A stretch of 64,000 nucleotides of DNA. It comes from a virus. Its lineage: Duplodnaviria; Caudoviricetes. Position 1 is the first letter of the stretch; each line of letters opens with the position of its first letter. Of the stretch, positions 1 to 8,427 are shown piece by piece. Made by a program: the position numbers and the translations under genes. The DNA is taken from positions 1 to 64,000 of IMG/VR virus record IMGVR_UViG_3300032216_000903. The stretch is one strand, 5' to 3'. The notes below the pieces were generated by a model, which saw only the letters and a list, made by a program, of their open reading frames with translations, was not told where the DNA came from and made no database searches.

Positions 1-1328
1 AGCCGATGAGCGGACCTACCGGTCTGATCTTCGCGCTCAAGCCTAAGTACACCACCGCGCTGAACACTGGCTCCGGTCAGAGCATTGCGGCTGGCGACGA
101 CGCGCTGTATGGCGGCATCCAGGGCACGACCGGTGCAACCGGCATCACGGTCTCTGGCGTCACCATCGGTGCTACTAACTCGTACTACTCGTCCGCTTCC
201 GGCGTGACCTGCTCGACCACTACGTTGGTCATGACTGGTTCCGCGGCCGTGACTGGTATCGCTATCGGTGACTTGGTCATCGCTCAGGGCATCGTTCCTG
301 GAACGCGCATCACCACGTTCTCGGCTCAGACGATCACCCTGGACACGACTCCTACGTCGTCTGTTCCTACCGGTACGACGATCCTGTTCGCGAACCTGGC
401 TCCGGTCGCTTCGGCGTTCTCCGGTAACGGCTCTTATGCCGGCACGGCTCCGTATACGGTCGGTGTGGCTCTGCCTACGACTACTGGTGAAGCTCTCGGT
501 CAGAGCGGTGGCACTCAGTTCGCTGAAATGGGCTTCGACATCGAGAAGACGATTGTGACCGCGAACACTCGCGCGCTCAAAGCGTCTTACACGATGGAGC
601 TCGCTCAGGACCTCAAGGCCGTTCATGGTTTGGATGCTGAATCCGAACTGGCGAACATCCTCTCGTCCGAGATCCTGTTCGAAATCAACCGTGAAGTCAT
701 CGAGACGATCAATGCGAAAGCCGTCCTCGGCGCTCGTTTTGGTTATTCTAACCCTGGCGTCTACGACGTCAAGACTGACGCTGACGGCCGTTGGGCCGCT
801 GAGCGCTACAAGAGCCTGCACATGGCTATTGAGCTCGAAGCGAACCAGATCGCCAAAGACACCCGTCGCGGTAAGGGTAACTTCATCCTGTGCTCCAGCA
901 ACGTGGCTTCCGCTCTGGCGGCCGCTGGTTCTTTGGATTACAGCCCGGCTCTGAGCACCAAGCTCGAAGTCGACGACACCGGCAACACCTTCGCTGGTGT
1001 GCTTAACGGTCGCATCAAAGTGTACGTTGATCCGTATGCCTATGTCGACTACATCACGGTGGGTTATCGTGGCTCGAACCCGTACGACGCTGGTATCTTC
1101 TACGCGCCGTACGTTCCCCTCACGATGGTCCGCGCCATCGACCCGGCTACGTTCCAGCCGCGCATCGCGTTCAAGACCCGCTACGGCGTGGTTGCGAATC
1201 CGTTCGTGCAGCAGATCAATCCGGCTGCCGCTGGTGCCCAGAACGGTAACGATCGTGGTAACTTCTACTATCGTACCTTCCAGGTCCGTAACCTGAGCCT
1301 TCGCGGTGCTCAGGGTGCTACCAGCTAG
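1..1328 (+). CDS. gp23: Major capsid protein (T4 gp23 family), 5'-truncated by window edge
   Basis: gp23 motifs MSGPTGLIFA, EMGFDIEK, RALKASYTMELAQDLKAVHGLDAESELANILSSEILFEINRE, FYAPYVPL, TFQPRIAFKTRYG. Confidence 0.97.
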   Translation, partial: PMSGPTGLIFALKPKYTTALNTGSGQSIAAGDDALYGGIQGTTGATGITVSGVTIGATNSYYSSASGVTCSTTTLVMTGSAAVTGIAIGDLVIAQGIVPGTRITTFSAQTITLDTTPTSSVPTGTTILFANLAPVASAFSGNGSYAGTAPYTVGVALPTTTGEALGQSGGTQFAEMGFDIEKTIVTANTRALKASYTMELAQDLKAVHGLDAESELANILSSEILFEINREVIETINAKAVLGARFGYSNPGVYDVKTDADGRWAAERYKSLHMAIELEANQIAKDTRRGKGNFILCSSNVASALAAAGSLDYSPALSTKLEVDDTGNTFAGVLNGRIKVYVDPYAYVDYITVGYRGSNPYDAGIFYAPYVPLTMVRAIDPATFQPRIAFKTRYGVVANPFVQQINPAAAGAQNGNDRGNFYYRTFQVRNLSLRGAQGATS

Positions 1329-1356
1329 TCCTTGAGATTAGAATAGTAGTTCCATC

Positions 1357-1391
1357 GAGGGGCTCTCCGAAAGGGGAGCCCCTTCTTCTTT
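1357..1391 (+). terminator. Rho-independent terminator after gp23
   Basis: GAGGGGCTCTCC-GAAA-GGGGAGCCCCTT hairpin followed by a T-rich tail. Confidence 0.85.
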
Positions 1392-1405
1392 GTCCATAAA
1401 TATGA

Positions 1406-1894
1406 ATGATCATGAGCGCATTAACAACTAACGTCAATTTTCTACAGCAGGTCAATTTTAAGTTGACCATTCAGAGACCCAGTTTTACAAATCTTGAGTA
1501 TTATTGTACATCCGTGAATCTGCCATCCGTCACGATGGGAGAGGTCAAGGACAATTACCGTAATCAACAAGGCTATTTTCCTGGAGATACTCTGGCATAT
1601 GATACTCTTCGTCTGAAGTTCATGGTCGACGAGGACATGGCCAATTACACGGAAGCATATAACTGGATGCTCATCAATTCAAATCAGATTCCGAATGGAT
1701 CGATTCCTCCTAGTCGTTCAGATTTGATTCTTTCGGTTCTTACATCGAAGAATACGTTTAATAAGCAATTTCAATTTCGCGATGCTTTTCCAACATCGAT
1801 CGGTGAATTAGCATTCAATTCACAGGCACAATCCGTCGAGTACATCTCTTGTGAGATGACTTTGAGATTCAATAACTTTGTTATCATTTCTTAA
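1406..1894 (+). CDS. gp3: Tail tube terminator / tail completion protein (gp3-like)
   Basis: NFLQQVNFKLTI...SVNLPSVTMG...FMVDEDMANY...FRDAFPTSI; position gp23-gp3-uvsY-uvsW; CATAAATA at 1395-1402. Confidence 0.85.
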   Translation: MIMSALTTNVNFLQQVNFKLTIQRPSFTNLEYYCTSVNLPSVTMGEVKDNYRNQQGYFPGDTLAYDTLRLKFMVDEDMANYTEAYNWMLINSNQIPNGSIPPSRSDLILSVLTSKNTFNKQFQFRDAFPTSIGELAFNSQAQSVEYISCEMTLRFNNFVIIS

Positions 1895-1914
1895 TTATTA
1901 TAAATAAAGCCTAT

Positions 1915-2202
1915 ATGAGTAAAAACTTAATCAGTGAAAGCAAATCCATTCTCTCAGAGAGCAGCGTAAGTTGGCTCTTAAGCGACTATAAGACCAATCC
2001 GTTGCATAACAAAGTCGTTCCGTTCTTCGATGCCGGCAATCCTCTTAATAAGCAACCCTACATCATCCTCACCAGTGCTTCTGAAGACGGTGCGGCAATC
2101 CCGTTGCTGTTTGCGGCCAAGGAAGACGCTCAGGCTTATAAAGATCAGAAGCGTGAAGAGGGCGTTGAGTTCGACGGTCCTTTCAAGCTTACGGCGGCTT
2201 AA
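1915..2202 (+). CDS. Hypothetical late protein, possible internal head protein
   Basis: TATAAATA at 1899-1906; leader MSKNLISESKSILSE; followed by a terminator. Confidence 0.6.
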   Translation: MSKNLISESKSILSESSVSWLLSDYKTNPLHNKVVPFFDAGNPLNKQPYIILTSASEDGAAIPLLFAAKEDAQAYKDQKREEGVEFDGPFKLTAA

Positions 2203-2220
2203 TACAGTATCACCCTATAG

Positions 2221-2252
2221 AAAAGCTCCGCTCGAAAGGGTGGAGCTTTTTT
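2221..2252 (+). terminator. Rho-independent terminator
   Basis: AAAAGCTCCGCTC-GAAA-GGGTGGAGCTTTTTT. Confidence 0.85.
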
Positions 2253-2275
2253 AGTATAAATAAATTCACTACATT

Positions 2276-2725
2276 ATGCTAAACATTGAAGAGATCATCA
2301 AGGAATGGGAATCAGACTGTCAAGTGGATTCATTGGCGCTCGACGATTCAACACTGAAGTTCGCCAAGATTCATGCCAAGTACCTCTCATACATCACGGA
2401 CTTTAAATTAAAGCTTCGCTTGGCAGATTCGAAACTCTCCGAGACTCGACATGCCAAGTGGATGTACTTCACTGGAAAGATGACGAAGGAGGAGATGGAC
2501 GAGAGAAAGTGGCCATATGATCCGTTCAATGGAGGTGCCAAGCCTCTTCGCTCGGATCTGGAAACATACATAGACTCGGACGCGGAGCTTCGAGTACTAA
2601 TAGACAAGAAAACATATTTTCAAACATCGGTCGATGCATTGACGGAGATATTGGATACGCTGAGATGGAGACATCAGCACATTCGTAATTGCATCGACTG
2701 GAGACGATTTACGGCAGGATCATAA
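2276..2725 (+). CDS. uvsY: Recombination mediator UvsY
   Basis: WESDCQVD...KIHAKYL...KWMYFTGK...IRNCIDWRRFTAG; directly upstream of uvsW; TATAAATA at 2255-2262. Confidence 0.9.
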   Translation: MLNIEEIIKEWESDCQVDSLALDDSTLKFAKIHAKYLSYITDFKLKLRLADSKLSETRHAKWMYFTGKMTKEEMDERKWPYDPFNGGAKPLRSDLETYIDSDAELRVLIDKKTYFQTSVDALTEILDTLRWRHQHIRNCIDWRRFTAGS

Positions 2726-2728
2726 CAC

Positions 2729-4246
2729 ATGAGTGCAATACACGTTAGTCAGATCGATCAGGCTCACCTGAGAATTACCTGTGAGGATTCCGGAGTCCTA
2801 CAGGAGCTTTCGGAGTTCTTTTCGTTTCTGAGTCCCGGTTACAAGTTCTCTCCAGCATTTCGCAATCATCACTGGGACGGCAAGGTCAGACTGTTCAATC
2901 TTCGTAATCAGTCCTTGCCCGGCGGTTTGTTATATCATCTGGCACAGTTCTGCGAGTCGCGTAAGCACGAATTGATACTGGCATCAGGGTTGGAGCTTCC
3001 AAGGCTCACAGAAGCTGAACCAGGAGCGCCGGAAGCCATCTATCCGGCTACTGGCAATGACGGTAAGGACCTCGAGATACGTGATTATCAGCAGGCGGCC
3101 ATTGATCGTGCTATTGCGAATAAGAAGGTCCTACTCGTATCTCCGACCGGATCTGGCAAGTCTTTGATCATCTACGAGCTTCTGCGCTGGTATCTGGACA
3201 ACATGAAGGCTCCTACGAAGAAGGCCATCGTCATTGTTCCGACCACGGCATTGGTCGAGCAGATGTACAAGGACTTCTCGGACTATTCTTCGAAGGATAA
3301 GTCATTCGATCCCGAGAAGATGCTCCATAAAATCTATTCTGGTCAGGAGAAGGAGACGGATGCACCGGTCATCATCACGACTTGGCAGTCGGCCATCACG
3401 ATGGGAGCGAAGTGGTTCGAGAAGTTTGGCGCCGTATTCGGTGATGAAGCACATCTGTTCAAGGCCGCATCTCTGACGAAGATCATGAGCTGGCTAAAGA
3501 ATGCTTGGTTTCGTATCGGAACAACTGGTACCCTTCCTGGCGGTGACGATGCCAAGATGAATAAGCTCGTCCTCGAGGGCGCGTTTGGTCCGGTCTTTCA
3601 GGTGACGACGACGGCCGAGCTGATCGACATCGGCACACTGGCTCAGCTCAAGATTCACATGATCGTGCTGAAGTATCCGGAATCCCTGCGTAAGATGTAC
3701 GGAGACCTCGACTATCAGGGCGAGCTCGACTTTCTGACCTCACACGATCCGCGCAATAAGTTCATCACGAACCTGGTCGCGGATCTGAAGGGAAACTCTC
3801 TGGTCCTGTATCAGTTCGTCGAGAAGCATGGCGAGCCCCTCTTCGAGATGATCAAGAAGAAGTTGGCCGGAACCAAGCGTAAAGTTTATTTTGTCTCTGG
3901 TGATGTAGAAGCCGAAGAGCGTGAACGCATTCGTGGACTGGTCGAGAAGGAAGAAGGTGCCGTCATTGTTGCATCCGTCGGCACGTTCTCGACCGGCATC
4001 AACATTCGAAATCTACATAACATCGTCTTTGCGTCTCCGACCAAGTCTCAGATTCGTGTGCTTCAGTCGATTGGCCGTGGACTTCGTAAGACGGAAGATG
4101 ATCGTCCGACGACCGTATACGACATCGCAGATGATCTCTCGAAGAAAGGCAATAAGAACTACACGCTTCAGCACGGCATCGAGCGAGCCAAGATCTATAC
4201 AAAAGAAAAGTTTGACTTTGAGGTGCATGAAGTTCCGATCTCATAA
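2729..4246 (+). CDS. uvsW: SF2 DNA helicase UvsW
   Basis: SPTGSGKS, DEAH, GTTGT, QSIGRGLR; WDGKVRLF N-terminal motif. Confidence 0.95.
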   Translation: MSAIHVSQIDQAHLRITCEDSGVLQELSEFFSFLSPGYKFSPAFRNHHWDGKVRLFNLRNQSLPGGLLYHLAQFCESRKHELILASGLELPRLTEAEPGAPEAIYPATGNDGKDLEIRDYQQAAIDRAIANKKVLLVSPTGSGKSLIIYELLRWYLDNMKAPTKKAIVIVPTTALVEQMYKDFSDYSSKDKSFDPEKMLHKIYSGQEKETDAPVIITTWQSAITMGAKWFEKFGAVFGDEAHLFKAASLTKIMSWLKNAWFRIGTTGTLPGGDDAKMNKLVLEGAFGPVFQVTTTAELIDIGTLAQLKIHMIVLKYPESLRKMYGDLDYQGELDFLTSHDPRNKFITNLVADLKGNSLVLYQFVEKHGEPLFEMIKKKLAGTKRKVYFVSGDVEAEERERIRGLVEKEEGAVIVASVGTFSTGINIRNLHNIVFASPTKSQIRVLQSIGRGLRKTEDDRPTTVYDIADDLSKKGNKNYTLQHGIERAKIYTKEKFDFEVHEVPIS

Positions 4247-4254
4247 ATAATTAC

Positions 4255-4698
4255 ATGACACCGGATCTTAAGCAATATGTCGACTCATTGGACATTCAGG
4301 TATATCGAATGATCGACGGCTCGATTCTCTTGGCCGAAGAACAGCATCGCGACAGCGTGGATGCATATCTGGTACTTCAGCGTCCCTTGCAGATCTGTCA
4401 GGTCATCCTCGAAGAACGCGTCAAGACGGCTTACGTGCCATGGATGCCTGGAACCGGTGAACACGTCAGGGTAAATCTCGATTCCGTCATCGCCGAGGGC
4501 GACGCGACCTTCGAACAGAAGTTTGCTTATTCTCGCTACTACCTCCTCACTCACCTGCAGAAGTACCTCTCGCCCGAAGACTTCAACTCCGTCATGGAAG
4601 AGAATCACCAGGAGCAGAAGGAAGCGAAAGAGATGCCGAAGGTGTCTCCGTATCTGAAGAGCGAACTCTCGAAGCAGAAGCGATTCAATCTGAATTAA
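4255..4698 (+). CDS. Conserved-position hypothetical protein between uvsW and gp55
   Basis: Intact ORF after CATAAATA at 4242-4249. Confidence 0.6.
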   Translation: MTPDLKQYVDSLDIQVYRMIDGSILLAEEQHRDSVDAYLVLQRPLQICQVILEERVKTAYVPWMPGTGEHVRVNLDSVIAEGDATFEQKFAYSRYYLLTHLQKYLSPEDFNSVMEENHQEQKEAKEMPKVSPYLKSELSKQKRFNLN

Positions 4699-4789
4699 GA
4701 TCCCGCAGCCTGCTGCTGTCTGCTTCTGTTAGCCTCAATCTGATCTAGCTTGCCTTGACTATCCCTGTCCTCTGCTGTTGTCTGGATCC

Positions 4790-4817
4790 ATTGTACAGTC
4801 ACTTCAATGGTTGTACA
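4790..4817 (-). promoter_or_regulatory. Minus-strand TGTAC-N17-TACAAT promoter-like site
   Basis: Same motif and spacing as the plus-strand early promoters, reversed orientation. Confidence 0.5.
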
Positions 4818-4863
4818 TGTCCAAATTACAATCGATCTCCCTCAGCGCGTTGTAAAACTTTAA

Positions 4864-4891
4864 TGTACTTTTCAGAAAGTTATGATATTAT
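4864..4891 (+). promoter_or_regulatory. Early-type promoter TGTAC-N17-TATTAT (gp55)
   Basis: Member of the 12-copy plus-strand motif family. Confidence 0.7.
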
Positions 4892-4897
4892 GTCCAC

Positions 4898-5542
4898 ATG
4901 AAAGATAGCATCACGGCAGAACCAACAACTAAAAAAATCAAACCGTCAGAGCGTCCTCACTACGTCAACAACGCCGAGTTCTCAAAGGCGATCGTCGACT
5001 ACGTAATCCTGGCAAAAGCCGCAAAGGCCAAAGGCAAGCCCCTCCCTCAGCTTTCTGAGTACATCGGGACGTGCCTGCTGAAGATCGCCGAGGGCCTCTC
5101 TCGTAAACCCAACTTCGTTCGATACACCTATCGCGAGGACATGGTGATGGACGGCGTCGAGAATTGCATCCGCGCCGTACCCAACTTCAACGTGAACGTC
5201 GGCACTCGTACCGGACTGCCGAACGCCTTTGCTTACTTCACACAGATCTGCTTCTTTGCATTCATTCGTCGCATTCAGAAGGAGAAGAAGTCACAGGACA
5301 TCAAATTGCTTTACATGGAATCGGCAGGTATCGAGAACTTTGCCAACTTCGGCGAGGGCGAGGCCGGTGACTCTCCTGCGGTCGGCGAGGGAATCGTGGA
5401 ACGGGTCCGTCACAAGGTCGAGCAGATCCATAAGCGCGACGCGGCCGTCAAGGCGTTTGGTAAGGCGATCAAGAAGGACAAGAAGAAGGCGGCCAAGAAG
5501 TCGACCACTTCGTCCCTCGAGCTGTTTTCTCTCCTGTCCTAA
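4898..5542 (+). CDS. gp55: Late transcription sigma factor gp55
   Basis: HYVNNAEF...YIGTCLLKIAEGLSRKPNFVRYTYREDMVMDGVENC...NAFAYFTQICFFAFIRRIQKEKK. Confidence 0.95.
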   Translation: MKDSITAEPTTKKIKPSERPHYVNNAEFSKAIVDYVILAKAAKAKGKPLPQLSEYIGTCLLKIAEGLSRKPNFVRYTYREDMVMDGVENCIRAVPNFNVNVGTRTGLPNAFAYFTQICFFAFIRRIQKEKKSQDIKLLYMESAGIENFANFGEGEAGDSPAVGEGIVERVRHKVEQIHKRDAAVKAFGKAIKKDKKKAAKKSTTSSLELFSLLS

Positions 5543-5549
5543 TTACTAT

Positions 5550-6617
5550 ATGCTCATCGCGATAATCAACGACACTCACGCCGGACAGCGCAATGCGTCC
5601 GACATATTCCTCGACTACACGGACAAGTTCTATCGCGATGTCTTCTTTCCATACTGCAAGCAGCACGGCATCAAGACCGTGATTCACTGCGGCGACTACC
5701 TCGATCATCGCAAGTACGTCAACTTCAAGGCCCTCCATCGTACTCGTAAGGCGTTCCTCGAACCGCTCGCTGAGAACGGAATGAACATGATCATCATTCC
5801 TGGAAATCACGACGTGTATTTCAAGAACACGAACGAGCTCTGCGGCCTACGTGAGGTCCTTGGATACTTCATCGAGAACGTCGAGATCGTGATGAAGCCG
5901 ACCGTGAAGCAGATTGGCGGCCTCGATCTGGCATTCCTTCCGTGGATCGCGCCAGACAACTACGCGGAGTCGATCGACTTCATCGCCAAGGCGGCCGCGC
6001 CGATCTTGATCTCCCACCTAGAACTGGCCGGATTCGAGATGATGAAGGGACAGCCGGCGTCCGATCACGGAATGGATGCGGCGCTATTCAAGAGGTACGA
6101 GATGGTCCTATCAGGTCACTATCACACCAAGTCGACCCGCGACAACATTCATTATCTTGGCACTCAATTCGAACAGACGTGGGCGGACTGCGAGGATCCA
6201 AAGTTCTTTCACGTCCTCGATACGGATACTCGAGCGCTCACGCAGGTAAAAAATACCTTTACTCTGTTCGAACGAGTGGTGTATAATGACGAGCGGCAAG
6301 ATCCGGACTCGATCGATGCCTCCGTATTCAAAGGCAAGTACGTGAAGGTCATCGTCGCCAAGAAGGGCAATCCGACCAAGTTCGATCGATTCGTTCAACG
6401 CATTCAGGATGCTGGACCGATCGAGCAGCCCAGGATCGTCGAGTCGTTTGACGAGTTCACATCCGATCGAGTCGAGGATCAGCAGATCGACCTCGAAGAC
6501 ACCGGTAAACTATTACATACATACATTGATGCCACTGAGACGTCGCTCGACAAGGAGCGTCTGAAGTCCATGATGCAGGAACTCTACGTTGAAGCTCAGG
6601 CGGCAGAAAACGCTTAA
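5550..6617 (+). CDS. gp47: Recombination endonuclease subunit gp47 (Mre11/SbcD-like)
   Basis: Phosphoesterase motifs DTH, GDYLD, GNHD, SGHYH; ATG 5550 chosen over the extended ORF start. Confidence 0.95.
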   Translation: MLIAIINDTHAGQRNASDIFLDYTDKFYRDVFFPYCKQHGIKTVIHCGDYLDHRKYVNFKALHRTRKAFLEPLAENGMNMIIIPGNHDVYFKNTNELCGLREVLGYFIENVEIVMKPTVKQIGGLDLAFLPWIAPDNYAESIDFIAKAAAPILISHLELAGFEMMKGQPASDHGMDAALFKRYEMVLSGHYHTKSTRDNIHYLGTQFEQTWADCEDPKFFHVLDTDTRALTQVKNTFTLFERVVYNDERQDPDSIDASVFKGKYVKVIVAKKGNPTKFDRFVQRIQDAGPIEQPRIVESFDEFTSDRVEDQQIDLEDTGKLLHTYIDATETSLDKERLKSMMQELYVEAQAAENA

Positions 6618-6619
6618 TC

Positions 6620-8332
6620 ATGTTAACCTTTCGTTCCGTCTCCTTCAAGAACTTCCTATCGACCGGCGACGTGCCTATCACGATTCGCCTGGATCAAAGT
6701 CCTACGACCCTGATCGTCGGTGCCAACGGCGCAGGCAAATCCACGATGCTCGACGCGATCTGCTTCGGCCTATTCGGCAAGCCCCATCGCGACATCAAGA
6801 ATCCGCAGCTCATCAATTCCGTCAACGGAAAGAACTGCGAGGTCCAGATCGAGTTCACGATCGGCCAAGACAAGTATCGAGTCGTCCGTGGATACAAGCC
6901 GTCCGTGTTCGAGATCTGGAAGAACGGAACGCTCCTGAATCAGGAATCCCACTCGCGCGACTATCAGGCCGTCCTCGAGTCGAACATCCTGAAGATGAAC
7001 AAGAAGTCATTCAATCAGATCGTCGTCCTCGGTGCCGGCAACTTCGTGCCGTTCATGCAGATGCCGGTATGGGATCGCCGCGGCGTCATTGAAGAACTGC
7101 TGGACATCTCCGTATTCTCGGACATGAATACGCTGATCAAGGAGAAGTTGGCCAAGTCCCGTGAGGATCTCAAGGAGACGGAGAATCAACTGGCGATCTT
7201 CAAGGAAAAGGTGAGACTGCAGACGAAGCACCTGAACGACCTCAAGCAGATCGATGCAAACAACACGCAGTCGATTCGAGACGAGATCGCGACCATTGAG
7301 TCTCAGGTCTCGACCAAGCAGGAAGAGGCGAATGAATATCAATCCGTCCTCGATGCCAACACGAAGGCCGTTACGGCCGCGCAGAAGGCGGCGCAGAAGA
7401 AACGCCAGGCCCTGATCGGATATCAGACGCAGATTCAATCCAATCTTACGAGGATCCGTACGGAATCCGAGTTCTATCAGAAGAACGACGAGTGTCCGAC
7501 GTGTCAGCAGAAGATCGAGAGCGACATCAAGGAACGAAGGACCCATCAGTGCTCGACCAAGTCGGCCGAATTCAACGACGGTCTGAGTAAATTGAATGAA
7601 GCACTGACTCAGGCAAATGCGGAACTGGATCAGGCCAATGCTCGAATAAACGAGATGATGAAGGTCCAGTCGTCCCTCTCGACCGTCAACGCGACGATTC
7701 AGTCCCTTCACAATCAGATCGCGGCGCTGAATAAGAAACTCAAGGACGCATCGGCCACGTCCGACACCAAGCAAGCCGAGGACGAGCTGCAGGTCAGTCA
7801 GCAGGAACACCTACGGCTCACTCAGACACGCTCGAATCAAATAGACGAACGTTCTTATCTGGACGTCATTCAAGAGATGCTGCGTGATACGGGCATCAAG
7901 GCGAAGGTCATCAAGCAGTACGTGCCGCTCATGAATAAGTTCATCAATCAGTACTTGTCCGTCCTTGACTTCTTCGTATCATTCACGCTGGACGATTCGT
8001 TCAACGAGACGATCCGATCCCGTCATCGGGACGACTTCTCGTACGCCTCATTCTCGGAGGGGGAAAAGATGCGCATCAATCTGGCGATCCTGTTCACGTG
8101 GCGTCAGATCGCCAAGCTCAAGAATCACAACGCGACTAACCTGCTGATCCTCGACGAGACGTTTGACTCGTCTCTGGACGGCGAGGGCGTCGAGAATCTG
8201 CTTCGAATCCTCAACACGCTGACGGCCACCAACGTCTTCGTCATCACCCACAAGCCGGATGCGATGGCCGACAAGATGGCGGCCAAGCTGGAATTCGCTA
8301 AAACCGGCAACTTTTCGACCCTCAAAGCGTAA
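6620..8332 (+). CDS. gp46: Recombination ATPase subunit gp46 (Rad50/SbcC-like)
   Basis: GANGAGKS, CPTC zinc hook, FSEGEK signature, LILDE, ITH. Confidence 0.96.
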   Translation: MLTFRSVSFKNFLSTGDVPITIRLDQSPTTLIVGANGAGKSTMLDAICFGLFGKPHRDIKNPQLINSVNGKNCEVQIEFTIGQDKYRVVRGYKPSVFEIWKNGTLLNQESHSRDYQAVLESNILKMNKKSFNQIVVLGAGNFVPFMQMPVWDRRGVIEELLDISVFSDMNTLIKEKLAKSREDLKETENQLAIFKEKVRLQTKHLNDLKQIDANNTQSIRDEIATIESQVSTKQEEANEYQSVLDANTKAVTAAQKAAQKKRQALIGYQTQIQSNLTRIRTESEFYQKNDECPTCQQKIESDIKERRTHQCSTKSAEFNDGLSKLNEALTQANAELDQANARINEMMKVQSSLSTVNATIQSLHNQIAALNKKLKDASATSDTKQAEDELQVSQQEHLRLTQTRSNQIDERSYLDVIQEMLRDTGIKAKVIKQYVPLMNKFINQYLSVLDFFVSFTLDDSFNETIRSRHRDDFSYASFSEGEKMRINLAILFTWRQIAKLKNHNATNLLILDETFDSSLDGEGVENLLRILNTLTATNVFVITHKPDAMADKMAAKLEFAKTGNFSTLKA

Positions 8333-8351
8333 GAAAGTGACAAAACTCATG

Positions 8352-8421
8352 CAAGTCGTTGATATTCAACGTGAAAATTCTTTCACTTTTTTGTGTACAT
8401 TTGACTGGCATGGGGTATACT
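8352..8421 (+). promoter_or_regulatory. Early promoter with upstream IHF-consensus box
   Basis: CAAGTCGTTGATA 8352-8364 (reverse complement TATCAACGACTTG = WATCAANNNNTTR), T-tract, TGTAC 8394-N17-TATACT. Confidence 0.75.
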
Positions 8422-8427
8422 TATCTC

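Noticed and set aside
5229-5549. Extended N-termini from the ORF track (gp47 from 5229; also 8359, 47540, 57244)
   Set aside because: They overlap upstream genes or promoters; downstream ATGs fit homology and promoter spacing
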